Source: an uncultured Thiopseudomonas sp.
GTDB taxonomy: Bacteria; Pseudomonadota; Gammaproteobacteria; Pseudomonadales; Pseudomonadaceae
Assembly (NCBI GenBank): GCA_964495925.1
Contig: CAZBXG010000001.1
Span: 21,336 to 76,140, forward strand
DNA: 54,805 nt
Direction: 5' to 3'
Below the pieces are notes generated by a model that saw only the letters and a program-made list of their open reading frames with translations, was not told where the DNA came from and searched no databases. Shown here piece after piece: positions 35,755 through 46,635 of this stretch; the stretch's first letter is position 1, and every line of letters starts with the position of its first letter. A program made the translations under genes and the position numbers.

Positions 35755-37149
35755 ATGCAAGAAATAGAAGTTAATCCGCAATATGATCTGGAAACCGCAG
35801 CACTCAAGGTGCCGCCGCATTCGATAGAGGCGGAGCAGGCTGTGCTGGGTGGTCTGATGCTGGACAATAATGCATGGGAACGCATGGGTGACCAACTGAT
35901 CGCTTCCGACTTTTATCGTCATGACCACAGGCTGATTTTCCGTGCCATTTTCACTCTGGCCGAGCGCAACGAGCCGTTTGACGTGGTGACGTTGTCCGAG
36001 TACCTAGATAATGAGGCTACTCTGAGTCAGGTAGGCGGGATTGCCTATCTGGGCGAGCTGGCCAGCAATATCCCTTCAGTAGCCAATATTCAGGCCTATG
36101 CACGCATCATTCGTGAGCGTGCAACATTGCGCCAGCTGATCAGTGCCAGCAATGAAATTGCCGATATGGCGTATGCACCACAAGGGCGACAAGGTGAAGA
36201 AATTCTCGACGAAGCTGAGCGCAAAATTTTCCAGATCGCCGAAGCGCGGCCCAAAAGCGGTGGTCCGGTTCCACTGAAAGAGGTATTGGCAAAAACCATT
36301 GATACCATCGACACACTGTTTCACAGTGATGCACAGATTACCGGTTTGACCACGGGCTTTCAGGATCTGGATGAGCAGACCAGCGGATTGCAAGCAGCTG
36401 ACTTGGTAATTGTCGCTGGCCGCCCATCCATGGGTAAGACCACTTTTGCCATGAATCTGGTTGAAAATGCAATCATGAACAGTGACAAGACCGTGCTGGT
36501 GTTTTCACTGGAAATGCCGTCAGAGTCACTGGTGATGCGGATGTTGTCGTCGCTGGGGCGGATTGACCAGAGCAAGGTACGCTCGGGCAAACTGGACGAT
36601 GATGACTGGGCACGCATGACTTCAACTGTAGCGTTGTTGCAAAGTGCCAAGCTGCACATTGATGATACTGCAGGCATCAGTCCGACCGAAATGCGAGCGC
36701 GTGCCCGCCGAGTTGCTCGTGAACACGGCGAGATCGGCCTGATTATGGTCGACTACCTGCAACTGATGCAGGTCGGCGGTGCGGCAAGCGAGAACCGGAC
36801 TAACGAAATTTCCGAGATTTCACGCTCGCTGAAGGCGTTGGCGAAAGAGTTTGATTGCCCTGTGGTGGCTTTATCGCAGCTGAACCGTTCGCTGGAGCAG
36901 CGCCCAAACAAGCGCCCGGTTAACTCGGACTTGCGGGAATCAGGAGCGATTGAGCAGGATGCCGACGTGATCATGTTTGTTTACCGGGATGAAGTCTATC
37001 ATCCGGATACCGAATATAAAGGCGTGGCGGAGATTATTATCGGCAAGCAGCGTAACGGTCCGATTGGTACGGTGCGGCTGATGTTCCATGGCCGTTATAC
37101 CCGTTTTGACAATCTGGCGGCAGGCTTATATGAGTTTCATGATGACTGA
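35755..37149 (+). CDS. dnaB: Replicative DNA helicase
   Basis: PPHSIEAEQ, GRPSMGKT, DYLQLM, SQLNR, DLRESGAIEQDAD, KQRNGP; no intein. Confidence 0.99.
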   Translation: MQEIEVNPQYDLETAALKVPPHSIEAEQAVLGGLMLDNNAWERMGDQLIASDFYRHDHRLIFRAIFTLAERNEPFDVVTLSEYLDNEATLSQVGGIAYLGELASNIPSVANIQAYARIIRERATLRQLISASNEIADMAYAPQGRQGEEILDEAERKIFQIAEARPKSGGPVPLKEVLAKTIDTIDTLFHSDAQITGLTTGFQDLDEQTSGLQAADLVIVAGRPSMGKTTFAMNLVENAIMNSDKTVLVFSLEMPSESLVMRMLSSLGRIDQSKVRSGKLDDDDWARMTSTVALLQSAKLHIDDTAGISPTEMRARARRVAREHGEIGLIMVDYLQLMQVGGAASENRTNEISEISRSLKALAKEFDCPVVALSQLNRSLEQRPNKRPVNSDLRESGAIEQDADVIMFVYRDEVYHPDTEYKGVAEIIIGKQRNGPIGTVRLMFHGRYTRFDNLAAGLYEFHDD

Positions 37150-37267
37150 GGAGTGAATCATGTGTGGCTTGCATGGTTCAAGACAACCCCCCGTCCGGCT
37201 TTGGCTGTGCGGGGTTTTGTTTACTCTGAGGGTGGGTTTTGTTGGAAAAAGAGATAACGCAAACAAT

Positions 37268-37303
37268 AAAAAGCCTGCAATACTTGGTGCATTGCAGGCT
37301 TTT
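37268..37303. terminator. Bidirectional terminator between dnaB and purD
   Basis: aaaaagcctgcaat...attgcaggctttt. Confidence 0.85.
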
Positions 37304-37323
37304 GAAGTCAGCAGTCTGTTATA

Positions 37324-38613
37324 TCAGCCGCGCTCGCGCTCTACGGCGCGATAGCCGATATCCTTACGGTAGAAGCTGCCTTCCCAGCTGATTTTCTCAG
37401 CCAGCTTATAGGCGTTGGCCTGGGCTTCGGCTACGGTGTCACCCATGGCGGTAGCGCAGAGCACACGGCCACCGCTGTTAATGATCTTGCCGTCCTGCAG
37501 GCTGGTGCCGGCGTGAAAGACTTTACCGTCCAGCTTGGCTGCTTCATCCAGCCCATGAATCACTTTGCCTTTCAGATAATCGTCCGCCGGGTAGTTGCCG
37601 GCAGCCAATACCACGCCGAGACTTGGGCGCGGGTCCCATTGTGCTTCGACCTTGTCCAGCGCCTTGGCCATGGCGGCTTCGATCAACAGGATCAGGCTGG
37701 ACTCCAGACGCAGCAGAATCGGCTGGGTTTCCGGGTCGCCAAAACGACAGTTGTATTCGATGATTTGCGGATTGCCGGCTTTGTCGATCATCAGGCCAGC
37801 ATAGAGGAAACCGGTGTAGACGTTGCCTTCGGCAGCCATGCCGCGCACGGTCGGGTAGATGATCTGGTCCAGCACGCGCTGGAATACTTCATCAGTGACG
37901 ACGGGAGCAGGTGAGTAAGCACCCATGCCACCGGTGTTGGGGCCGGTGTCGCCGTCGCCGACACGTTTGTGGTCCTGGCTGGTGGCCATGGGCAGTACAT
38001 TTTCGCCATCGACCATGACAATGAAGCTGGCCTCTTCGCCATCAAGGAAGTCTTCGATCACCACGCGCGAGCCGGCTTCGCCAAAGGCATTGCCGGACAG
38101 CATGTCGACAATGGCGTCTTCGGCTTCCTGCAAGGTCATCGCAACAATTACACCTTTACCGGCAGCCAGGCCGTCGGCCTTGACCACAATCGGAGCGCCT
38201 TTTTCGCGCACATAAGCCAGCGCCTGTTCGGTGTCGGTGAAGTTAGCATAACCAGCGGTGGGAATTTTGTGGCGGGCCAGAAAGTCCTTGGTGAATGCCT
38301 TGGAACCTTCCAGCTGGGCCGCTTTGGCGGTCGGGCCGAAAATGTTCAGGCCTTCCTCGCGGAACTTGTCGACCACGCCCAGCACTAATGGTGCCTCGGG
38401 GCCGACAATGGTCAGCTCGACCTGATTTTGCTTGGCAAAAGCAGCCAGCTGATCAATTTCAGTGACGGCAATGTCGACGTTCTCACACTTGGCTTCGGTC
38501 GCGGTGCCGGCATTGCCGGGGGCAATGAAAACCTTGGCGACACGAGGGTCCTGGGCAACTTTCCAGGCCAGCGCGTGCTCGCGTCCGCCGTTACCAATAA
38601 TCAGAATGTTCAT
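37324..38613 (-). CDS. purD: Phosphoribosylamine--glycine ligase
   Basis: [38 protein letters not shown]. Confidence 0.99.
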   Translation of the reverse strand: MNILIIGNGGREHALAWKVAQDPRVAKVFIAPGNAGTATEAKCENVDIAVTEIDQLAAFAKQNQVELTIVGPEAPLVLGVVDKFREEGLNIFGPTAKAAQLEGSKAFTKDFLARHKIPTAGYANFTDTEQALAYVREKGAPIVVKADGLAAGKGVIVAMTLQEAEDAIVDMLSGNAFGEAGSRVVIEDFLDGEEASFIVMVDGENVLPMATSQDHKRVGDGDTGPNTGGMGAYSPAPVVTDEVFQRVLDQIIYPTVRGMAAEGNVYTGFLYAGLMIDKAGNPQIIEYNCRFGDPETQPILLRLESSLILLIEAAMAKALDKVEAQWDPRPSLGVVLAAGNYPADDYLKGKVIHGLDEAAKLDGKVFHAGTSLQDGKIINSGGRVLCATAMGDTVAEAQANAYKLAEKISWEGSFYRKDIGYRAVERERG

Positions 38614-38634
38614 AACTAATCCTCAAGCCTCAAA

Positions 38635-40242
38635 TCAGTGGCGGAAATGGCGCATGCCGGTGAATACCATGGCAATGTCGGCCTCGTCGGCAGCGGCGAT
38701 TACTTCTGCATCGCGCATGGAACCGCCGGGCTGGATCACGGCGCGAATGCCGGCCTTGGCCGCGTTGTCGATCCCGTCACGGAACGGGAAGAATGCATCG
38801 GAGGCCATGACTGCACCCGGCACCGGCAAACCGGCGTGTTCGGCCTTGATCGCTGCAATGCGGGCGGAGTTGACGCGGCTCATCTGGCCTGCACCGACAC
38901 CAACGGTCTGGCGGTTTTTGGCGTAGACAATGGCGTTCGACTTGACGAACTTGGCCACTTTCCAGGCAAAAATCAGATCATGAATTTCTGCTTCGGTTGG
39001 TGCGCGGCGGGTGACGATTTTCAGATCGTCGGCAGTAATCATGCCGATGTCGCGGCTTTGTACCAGCAGGCCGCCGTTGACGCGCTTAAAGTCCCAGGCA
39101 GCGGCACGCTGCTCGGACCACTGGCCGCATTCCAGCAAGCGTACATTGGCTTTGGCAGCAACCACTTCACGGGCTGCGGCAGAAATGGACGGAGCAATGA
39201 TCACTTCAACAAACTGGCGCTCGACAATCGCAGCTGCGGTCTCGCCGTCCAGCTCGCGGTTGAAGGCGATGATGCCGCCAAATGCAGATTCGCTGTCGGT
39301 GGCGTAAGCCAGCTCATAAGCCTGACGGATGCCGCCCTCGTTTTCTGGTACCACGGCTACGCCGCAGGGGTTGGCATGCTTGACGATGACGCAGGCGGGC
39401 TTGGTGAAGCTCTTGACGCACTCCAGCGCAGCGTCGGTATCGGCCACGTTGTTGAACGACAATTCTTTGCCCTGAATTTGGGTAGCAGTTGCCACGCTGG
39501 CCTCAGCTGGATTGGCTTCTACATAAAACGCCGCATCCTGGTGCGGGTTTTCACCGTAGCGCATGTCTTGTGTCTTGATGAACTGGCTATTAAAGGTTTG
39601 CGGAAACAGGTTGCGCCCTTCGGTCGACAGGGCTTCGGCCTGTTGATCAATGGTGCCCAGATAGTTGGCAATCATGCCGTCGTAGGCGGCGGTGTGCTCA
39701 AAGGCTTTCAGGGCCAGACCAAAACGTTGCGCGTAAGTCAGGCCGCCATCTTGCAGGGAGGCAACAATACTGTCGTAGTCAGCGCTATTGACGACAATGG
39801 CTACATCTTTATGGTTTTTCGCCGCGCTGCGCACCATGGTCGGGCCGCCGATATCAATATTCTCAATTGCATCCGGCAAGGTGCAGCCGTCTTTGGCAAC
39901 CGTGGCGGCAAAGGGGTACAGGTTGACTGCAACCAGGTCAATCGGCTTGATGCCGTGCTCGTCCATGACTGCGCCGTCCACGGCGCGACGACCGAGAATG
40001 CCGCCATGAATTTTGGGGTGCAGGGTCTTGACCCGGCCATCCATCATTTCCGGAAAACCGGTGTAATCAGCCACTTCCACAGCAGGGATGCCATTGTCGC
40101 ACAGCAGCTTGAAAGTGCCGCCGGTAGAGAGGATTTCTACACCCAGCTGGTTCAGGGCGCGGGCAAACTCCACGACGCCGGTTTTGTCAGAAACGCTAAT
40201 CAGTGCGCGACGCACTGCAGTTTTGGCAGTTTGATCAGTCAT
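38635..40242 (-). CDS. purH: AICAR transformylase / IMP cyclohydrolase
   Basis: [44 protein letters not shown]. Confidence 0.99.
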   Translation of the reverse strand: MTDQTAKTAVRRALISVSDKTGVVEFARALNQLGVEILSTGGTFKLLCDNGIPAVEVADYTGFPEMMDGRVKTLHPKIHGGILGRRAVDGAVMDEHGIKPIDLVAVNLYPFAATVAKDGCTLPDAIENIDIGGPTMVRSAAKNHKDVAIVVNSADYDSIVASLQDGGLTYAQRFGLALKAFEHTAAYDGMIANYLGTIDQQAEALSTEGRNLFPQTFNSQFIKTQDMRYGENPHQDAAFYVEANPAEASVATATQIQGKELSFNNVADTDAALECVKSFTKPACVIVKHANPCGVAVVPENEGGIRQAYELAYATDSESAFGGIIAFNRELDGETAAAIVERQFVEVIIAPSISAAAREVVAAKANVRLLECGQWSEQRAAAWDFKRVNGGLLVQSRDIGMITADDLKIVTRRAPTEAEIHDLIFAWKVAKFVKSNAIVYAKNRQTVGVGAGQMSRVNSARIAAIKAEHAGLPVPGAVMASDAFFPFRDGIDNAAKAGIRAVIQPGGSMRDAEVIAAADEADIAMVFTGMRHFRH

Positions 40243-40287
40243 CAGGTTTTCCAGGTTGTATCAGCTGCAAGACGGCAGCCATGGAGG

Positions 40288-40575
40288 TTACAGTAGATTG
40301 TGTTCTTTGAGTTTTTTGCGCAGGGTACCGCGGTTTAGGCCAAGTACTTCAGCAGCTTTGCTCTGATTTCCACTGGTATATTGCAGGACGGTTGTCAGCA
40401 GCGGGGCTTCCACTTCGTTAAGGACCAGTTGATAGACATTGGTCACTTCGGTGCCGTCAAGGTGGGTGAAGTAGTTGTGCAGGGTCATTTCCACACAGGC
40501 GCGAAGACTGAGTGGCTGGCCTGAGTCCACGCTGGCAGGAAGGGTTGGGTGTTGGCTCACGGTTGCTTGTTCCAT
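40288..40575 (-). CDS. fis: Nucleoid protein Fis
   Basis: GNQSKAAEVLGLNRGTLRKKLK helix-turn-helix; downstream of dusB. Confidence 0.94.
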   Translation of the reverse strand: MEQATVSQHPTLPASVDSGQPLSLRACVEMTLHNYFTHLDGTEVTNVYQLVLNEVEAPLLTTVLQYTSGNQSKAAEVLGLNRGTLRKKLKEHNLL

Positions 40576-40591
40576 AATTTACTAACGGTTT

Positions 40592-41590
40592 TCATGCGGC
40601 ATGTTCAATGCCCAGGGCTTGCAGGCGGGCAAAAAACAGCCCAATGGCCTGCTGCTGCAGGTCTGCACAGTCGTAACTGTTGAACAGGGTACGAAATTCA
40701 CGGGCGCCGGGCAGTGATTGCAGATACCAGGCCAGATGCTTGCGGGCGATACGCGCGCCCATGACCGGACCATAGAAAGCGTACATTCTAGCAAGATGTT
40801 GCGTCAGGGTCTCTTGCATTTCACCTAATGTGATTGGCGGTAGCCGCTCACCTGTATTCAGGTAGTGTTGTATTTCACGAAAAATCCACGGGCGGCCCTG
40901 GCTGGCACGGCCAATCAGCAAGCCATCGGCACCGGTGTGCTGCAAAACGAAGCGGGCTTTTTCCGGGCTGTTGATGTCGCCATTGGCCAACACGGGAATG
41001 CCGCTTGCCTGCTTGACTGCGGCAATGGTGTCGTATTCGGCGTGCCCGTTGAAGCGGTCGGCCCGAGTGCGACCATGAATGGACAACGCCAGGATGCCTT
41101 CCTGCTCGGCAATGCGGGCAATGTGCAGAGCGTTTTTGTTGTCAGCATCCCAGCCGGTACGGATTTTCAGCGTGACCGGAACCTCAGTAGCGGCAACGGT
41201 GGCACGTAAAATATCGGCCACCAGCAGCTCGTCTTTCAGTAGCGCTGAGCCGGCTGCTTTATTGCAGACTTTCTTGACCGGACAGCCCATGTTGATATCA
41301 ATGATTTGTGCGCCCATTTCGGTGCAAGCACGGGCGGCGATTGCCATTTGTTCCGGCTCGGAGCCGGCAATCTGGATCGCACGCGGCTCGGCATCACTGT
41401 GGTCTACCAGGCGCAAGCTGGACTTGCGGCTGTGCCAGAGGCGGGTATCGCTGGTCAGCATTTCGGCAACAGCCATGCCCGCTCCGTAGTGGCGGCACAG
41501 CTCGCGAAAAGGGCGATCACTGATGCCGGCCATGGGAGCCAATACCAGGTTGTTGGCGAGCCGGACCGGACCGATGTGTAAGCCGCTCAT
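40592..41590 (-). CDS. dusB: tRNA dihydrouridine synthase B
   Basis: LAPMAG, DINMGCP, KIRTG, HGRTR, NGDI. Confidence 0.95.
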   Translation of the reverse strand: MSGLHIGPVRLANNLVLAPMAGISDRPFRELCRHYGAGMAVAEMLTSDTRLWHSRKSSLRLVDHSDAEPRAIQIAGSEPEQMAIAARACTEMGAQIIDINMGCPVKKVCNKAAGSALLKDELLVADILRATVAATEVPVTLKIRTGWDADNKNALHIARIAEQEGILALSIHGRTRADRFNGHAEYDTIAAVKQASGIPVLANGDINSPEKARFVLQHTGADGLLIGRASQGRPWIFREIQHYLNTGERLPPITLGEMQETLTQHLARMYAFYGPVMGARIARKHLAWYLQSLPGAREFRTLFNSYDCADLQQQAIGLFFARLQALGIEHAA

Positions 41591-41632
41591 GCGAACTCCC
41601 GGATCAGGCGGACGTGCAGGGAAAAGATGGAA

Positions 41633-43699
41633 TCAGTTATTCGCACCAAAATCATAATCCATATTGCTGCTGGGACCTTGCAGATAATGCCCCTGAATGT
41701 AGTTGACACCCGCTTGCCAGAGGATGGACAAAATACTGGCGCTTTCGACATAGGGCACAATGGTTTGCTTGGCCTGCGCTTGCAGGGCGGCGAGCATTTC
41801 TGTGAGAACATCCTGATTGGCTTTTTCGTGCAGCTCGCTGGTAAAGGAGCCGTCCACTTTTACATAGTCGACACACAGGTGATTGAGTGTGTTGAACGGA
41901 TTGACAGCGCAGCCAAACTGGCCCAGCGCAACCTGACAATGCAGGTTGCGTAAACCTTCAACCAGTTCCTTGGCCTGCTTCAGATAGCCGATGGCATCCG
42001 TTTCACGGATCTGGAAAATCAGCGAGTCAGCCGGCAGGCGAGCAGCTTTCAGGGCGACAGCCAGCCAGGGCAGCAGCGACTGGTCTTGCAGGCTGGCGCT
42101 GGACAGGTGTACGAATAAAGTGGTTTTGTGGCCTTTGGCGCGGTGGCGGGTCAGCAGCTTGATGGCGTTGAGCAGTACCCAGCGATCTATTTTTTCGGCC
42201 AGTCCGGAGCTGATGGCGGCATTGAGGAAGTCATTGGGCGGCACTTCCTCGCCCTGTGGAGTAACCAGCCGCAGCAAAACTTCATACAGTTCGTCCTGAT
42301 CTCCGCGCAGGCTGATCACAGGCTGGAACAACAGCTTGAAACCGTTGGTTTCCAGTGCATGCTGGATCATGGCAATGATATTGCCACGGCTTGCGGAGGC
42401 GGCCAGATCATCTGTCGGATTGTGAATGTGCAGGTGGTTGCCTGCGCTGTTTTCTTCACTGCTGCGGCGGGCCCGATCCAGTACTTCGGCTGGCTTGCTG
42501 GTGGTTTCGCTGATCACCGCTGCACCAATTGACAGGGTCACTTGTGCAGTGCGTCCGGAAATATCAAACAGTTTGTTGGCAACTGCTTCCAGCAGGCTTT
42601 CCAGTTCGGGTTGTTGCTGTGCAGGGCTGGTGCCGGGTTTAAGGGCGCAAAATACGTTGTCGGCCAGACGGGCCAGCTGAGTTTCTTTGCCCAGGGTCTG
42701 GCGAATAACCTGTGCCAGATCAGCCAGCAGCAGATCAATGCCGGCAATGCCCAGCTCGGCGGTGTGTCGGGTGTGGTCGTCAATCTTGATGTAGGCGAGG
42801 CTGGCGTTTTCGCCGCTGCTGACTGCCTGTTCCACGGCAGAGCTCAACAGCTCAAGGAAACGCTGGCGGTTGTACAGCCCTGTAACCAGGTCCTGGCTGC
42901 TCATTGCCTTGAGTTTTTGTTCCAGTTCGGCGTTGTCACTATCCGTACGGATCACCACCTGAATGCAGCGTTCACCATCGTATATGGCCGGTGAAAAATT
43001 GATTTTGGCACTGAACTCTTCATTTTTGGTGTTGATGCCGCTGCACTGGAAGTCGGCCAGATCGGTTTCACTTTGATAATTGCGTAAAAACTCCCGGAAG
43101 CTGGCCTGGTCACCGGCTGCAATCAAATCAATCATCGGGATACCGGCCAGATCATCAAGATCGTTATGACCGAACAGCTTGAGATAGGCGCGGTTGGCAT
43201 AAATGTGCATGCCTTCGTGCACATAGGCAATGGCGTCAATCGAGCTGTCGAGCAGCAGCTGGCAGCGCTTTTCTGCTTCCAGCAGCGCCACTTCAGCAGC
43301 GCGTAGACTGCGGCGCTGATATAGGCTGGCCAGTTCGCGTTGTACCACCAGCATCAGATGTTCATCTTCGCCTTTCGGGACTGCTGCCTGGGCGCCTTGC
43401 TGCAGGGCTTCAACGATCAGATTGGAGTCTTGCTCTGCAACCAGCTGGATAAAGGAGAGGTCACGACCGGTTTTTTGCAAAATACGCAGTGCTGTCAGCG
43501 GTGGCAACTGTTTGCAGTCCGAAGAGGCAATGCACAAGTCCCACGGATTAACCAGCGCTTCGGTGAGCGCTTCGGGGTCGCTGCTCCGGTGAACTCGGGT
43601 GGGCAGGCCAGAATTGCGAAACAGGCTGACAATGCGTTCTGCCTCGTTTTGTGAGTCTTCGATAATCAGCAGGCGTACTGCTTTGCGTTCAATAGCCAT
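41633..43699 (-). CDS. fimX: FimX-type c-di-GMP receptor (REC-PAS-degenerate GGDEF-EAL)
   Basis: N-terminus MAIERKAVRLLIIEDSQNEAER, degenerate GGDEF (ADNVF), EVLLR EAL motif; adjacent to fimW and psd as recalled for P. aeruginosa. Confidence 0.85.
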   Translation of the reverse strand: MAIERKAVRLLIIEDSQNEAERIVSLFRNSGLPTRVHRSSDPEALTEALVNPWDLCIASSDCKQLPPLTALRILQKTGRDLSFIQLVAEQDSNLIVEALQQGAQAAVPKGEDEHLMLVVQRELASLYQRRSLRAAEVALLEAEKRCQLLLDSSIDAIAYVHEGMHIYANRAYLKLFGHNDLDDLAGIPMIDLIAAGDQASFREFLRNYQSETDLADFQCSGINTKNEEFSAKINFSPAIYDGERCIQVVIRTDSDNAELEQKLKAMSSQDLVTGLYNRQRFLELLSSAVEQAVSSGENASLAYIKIDDHTRHTAELGIAGIDLLLADLAQVIRQTLGKETQLARLADNVFCALKPGTSPAQQQPELESLLEAVANKLFDISGRTAQVTLSIGAAVISETTSKPAEVLDRARRSSEENSAGNHLHIHNPTDDLAASASRGNIIAMIQHALETNGFKLLFQPVISLRGDQDELYEVLLRLVTPQGEEVPPNDFLNAAISSGLAEKIDRWVLLNAIKLLTRHRAKGHKTTLFVHLSSASLQDQSLLPWLAVALKAARLPADSLIFQIRETDAIGYLKQAKELVEGLRNLHCQVALGQFGCAVNPFNTLNHLCVDYVKVDGSFTSELHEKANQDVLTEMLAALQAQAKQTIVPYVESASILSILWQAGVNYIQGHYLQGPSSNMDYDFGANN

Positions 43700-43824
43700 A
43701 AATACCGTTTGGGCATGAAGGACAAAGTCCCGCAATACCGGCAGCGAAAAGAAACAGGCTGGCGCTCCGGTTGCAGGTTCGGAATACATTCAGGTGCGCG
43801 ATATGCACCCGACTGAAAACTGGA

Positions 43825-45636
43825 TTATAGGAGATCCCACAAAGAGTGGAAGTCGTCTTGGTCGCCAACCTTAGCATGATCGGTTGGGTTTGGGCTCATT
43901 TTAGGTGTGGATGTACTTGCAGAGGAGACGGCTGGTGCATATTCAAACTGGCTGTAGCTGGCGGTTTGCTGGACCAGACGGCCAAGAACAATCCGGCTTT
44001 CTTCACCGTTGACGTTGAGCGTTACGGTACAGCCTTCCCGAAACGGGACTTTTGCAGTAATCAGCTGGGCGGGGCGCGAGATGGCGCTGATTGCTGGAAT
44101 GCGTAATGCGCGCAGATAGTTGCTGGCTGCTTTACCGGCACGCAGCAACTGGCTGCCGCAAGGCTCGGCACGATGGGCCATTAGTTCAATACCAATTTTC
44201 GCACCCGCCTGACTGTTTTGGCGAATCCAGCGCACGGTGGCGATTGACCAGTTGTGTCCGGGGGTGTCCCGCAAGGCCAGCAAGTCGCCAGTTTGCAGGT
44301 TCGGAGGTGCATCTTTAGTCCACTCCAGACAATATCCGCCGGGGCTCTGGTTGACCACCGCAGCCGTTAATACGGGATATAAGGCGCTGTAGTCCCGCTG
44401 GTTTTCTTCTGTTGAAGAAGCTTCTTGTCCGGGTTTCTGGTAATCAATAAATCCATTGTGGGAAAGGCTGTTGCGCTCTATTTCCACATCTACAGCCATG
44501 GCCCAGATGTCTGCAGCTTCATGACTGGGATCAGGAGAGAGTTGCAAAGAGGGTTCCGGCAAGGGGCGGTCGAGAGTCTGCTCAAAGCTTTTTTTATCGG
44601 CAAGGTGATAATGCACAGCACTCATGCCCAGACATAGTTCCAGTGATGCGTTGACATTTGTGCGCGGAAAATCACGCTTGGCGATATCGCCCCAGGCGCA
44701 AGCCAGCTGTTGCAGCAGTGGAAGCGGTGTGCCCGGCTTAATTGGGTTATGTGGCAGATCAGTGTGCTTGTCGGCTTGCAAGCGTTCAAGAATTGCTTCG
44801 GTCAGAACCCGGGTGTTGAGCCCCAGCATGTGGTTGCGGCCACTTAAATTAAGCAGGGCCTGATAACGGGGCGGGGTGTCAGTAGCTAGCGCAACGGCGA
44901 ACAGTGCGTCATTACTGCCGATATCTTGCAGGCTGACCAGCTGGGACCATTGCGGCAGGGCTGCAACCAGCAATTTGATATCAGACTGACGCATCTGGTT
45001 GGCGCGCGAGCAGCCCAATAGCAAGGCGCAGCAATAAGCCTGCATCAGGGTTTGCTCAGCCCCGTCACGTAGCGGGTCCTGGACTGTTTGTGCCAGTAGT
45101 CCGTGGTGAGCGGACAGCCGGTACATCTGGTGGATTTCAAACCAGAGCCCTGCCGGAACATTGCGATAAGTCAGGTATGAGCGGGCCAGCGTGGTAAACA
45201 ATCCGTGCAAGGTGCGTTGAATGGCCAGAGCCAGCAGGCTGCCTTTTTTACTTTGCAGGTCTACGGCTATCTGCTTGTAACCCGTGTTCAGGTGGTGTTG
45301 CAGGGTCTGACACAGGTTGGCCACTTTAGTGGCACGAGCATTGAGAATTACGCAGCTGGCCAGATGGTTATCTTCCAGCTGTCTGGTAATCAGGGCGACT
45401 TCAGGGCGCAACAGCTCCAGTAGCTGCATGCGCAGCTCGGGTGCAGCCTGCAAGCTGCTCAATTCGCTCAAAGCCAGATAAATCTGGCGGGAGTATTCGC
45501 CTGTATTGGCTTTGGGCAGCTTGTGTAGCCAGACTGTCAGATCCCGAACAGTGGTTTTACAAAAAGACAATTCGCGGATCACAGCGGCCGGTGCTGCAGG
45601 CTTGGCAGGGGAAACCAACTGGGTTGTTTGACTCAT
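43825..45636 (-). CDS. fimW: FimW-like c-di-GMP-binding type IV pilus regulator
   Basis: Helical N-terminus plus PilZ-like motifs RDFPR (RxxxR) and NQSPGG (NxSxxG); lies between psd and fimX. Confidence 0.75.
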   Translation of the reverse strand: MSQTTQLVSPAKPAAPAAVIRELSFCKTTVRDLTVWLHKLPKANTGEYSRQIYLALSELSSLQAAPELRMQLLELLRPEVALITRQLEDNHLASCVILNARATKVANLCQTLQHHLNTGYKQIAVDLQSKKGSLLALAIQRTLHGLFTTLARSYLTYRNVPAGLWFEIHQMYRLSAHHGLLAQTVQDPLRDGAEQTLMQAYCCALLLGCSRANQMRQSDIKLLVAALPQWSQLVSLQDIGSNDALFAVALATDTPPRYQALLNLSGRNHMLGLNTRVLTEAILERLQADKHTDLPHNPIKPGTPLPLLQQLACAWGDIAKRDFPRTNVNASLELCLGMSAVHYHLADKKSFEQTLDRPLPEPSLQLSPDPSHEAADIWAMAVDVEIERNSLSHNGFIDYQKPGQEASSTEENQRDYSALYPVLTAAVVNQSPGGYCLEWTKDAPPNLQTGDLLALRDTPGHNWSIATVRWIRQNSQAGAKIGIELMAHRAEPCGSQLLRAGKAASNYLRALRIPAISAISRPAQLITAKVPFREGCTVTLNVNGEESRIVLGRLVQQTASYSQFEYAPAVSSASTSTPKMSPNPTDHAKVGDQDDFHSLWDLL

Positions 45637-45734
45637 AGTGGGGCTGCTAATCGCTTAAATCCATTGAATGCAAGTTTATATCATAATGCCACTAGTTTGT
45701 ATGTTGTCTCTGGTCATTATTGCGGCGGGATTTG

Positions 45735-46607
45735 TCAGTTGCTGTTAAGCACGAGGCCCATATTTTGCCCCATGCGTACAGAAGAGCCTTCGGCCAGGCT
45801 TTCCTGCCACTGGACAGCTTGCGGACCAAATAACACGATGGCTGTCGAGCCCAGCTTGAAACGGCCCATTTCTGCACCCTTGTCCAGATACACAGGCTGA
45901 CGCCCGGCTTCACTGTAATCAAAGGCTTGCAGACGGCGACGAGCAGGCGCGACTTCACCAGCCCAGACGGTTTCGATACTGGCAACAATCATGGCGCCTA
46001 CCAGTATCACAGCCATGGGGCCGGCTTCGGTATCAAAGACGCAAACAACGCGCTCGTTGCGGGCAAACAGTTCAGGGACGTTCTCGGCGGTGGTCTGGTT
46101 GACGGAAAATAGTTTGCCGGGAACATACACCATTTCTTTCAGGGTGCCGGCCAGCGGCATATGTACGCGGTGATAATCTCTGGGCGACAGGTAAACGGTA
46201 GCGAACAGGCCATCCTTGAAAGGCTTGGCACGTTCACTGTCGCCACCGAGCAGCTCGTGCAGGCTGTAATCGTGGCCCTTGGCCTGAAATACCCGACCAT
46301 GACGAATCGGGCCGAGCTGGCTGATGGCACCATCAGCCGGACAGACAATACCGTTGCTAGTGTCGTCAACCGGACGGGCACCCGCTATCAGCGAGCGGGT
46401 GAAGAAATCATTGAAATGCTTAAAATCTTCTGGCTGTTTGCGTTCGGCCTGCTCCATGTCGACGTCATAGCGCTGAATAAAGCGTCGAATCAGGGCGTTT
46501 TTAATGCCGGGACGCTCACAGTTGGCCAGACAGCCGATGAGGCGGGACAAAGCGTGATGTGGTAACAGATATTGCAGGGCAATGAAAATACGTTGAGTCA
46601 GGGACAT
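45735..46607 (-). CDS. psd: Phosphatidylserine decarboxylase proenzyme
   Basis: [27 protein letters not shown] self-cleavage motif. Confidence 0.97.
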   Translation of the reverse strand: MSLTQRIFIALQYLLPHHALSRLIGCLANCERPGIKNALIRRFIQRYDVDMEQAERKQPEDFKHFNDFFTRSLIAGARPVDDTSNGIVCPADGAISQLGPIRHGRVFQAKGHDYSLHELLGGDSERAKPFKDGLFATVYLSPRDYHRVHMPLAGTLKEMVYVPGKLFSVNQTTAENVPELFARNERVVCVFDTEAGPMAVILVGAMIVASIETVWAGEVAPARRRLQAFDYSEAGRQPVYLDKGAEMGRFKLGSTAIVLFGPQAVQWQESLAEGSSVRMGQNMGLVLNSN

Positions 46608-46635
46608 GAGGGTTCCTTGCTAGAAAATAGTCCGT

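Noticed and set aside
40243-40287. Possible ZMP/ZTP riboswitch before purH
   Set aside because: Only 45 nt between fis and purH and no aptamer consensus visible
38638-40296. 552-aa ORF antisense to purH
   Set aside because: In-register shadow of a highly codon-biased gene; no recognisable motifs; spans almost exactly the purH CDS
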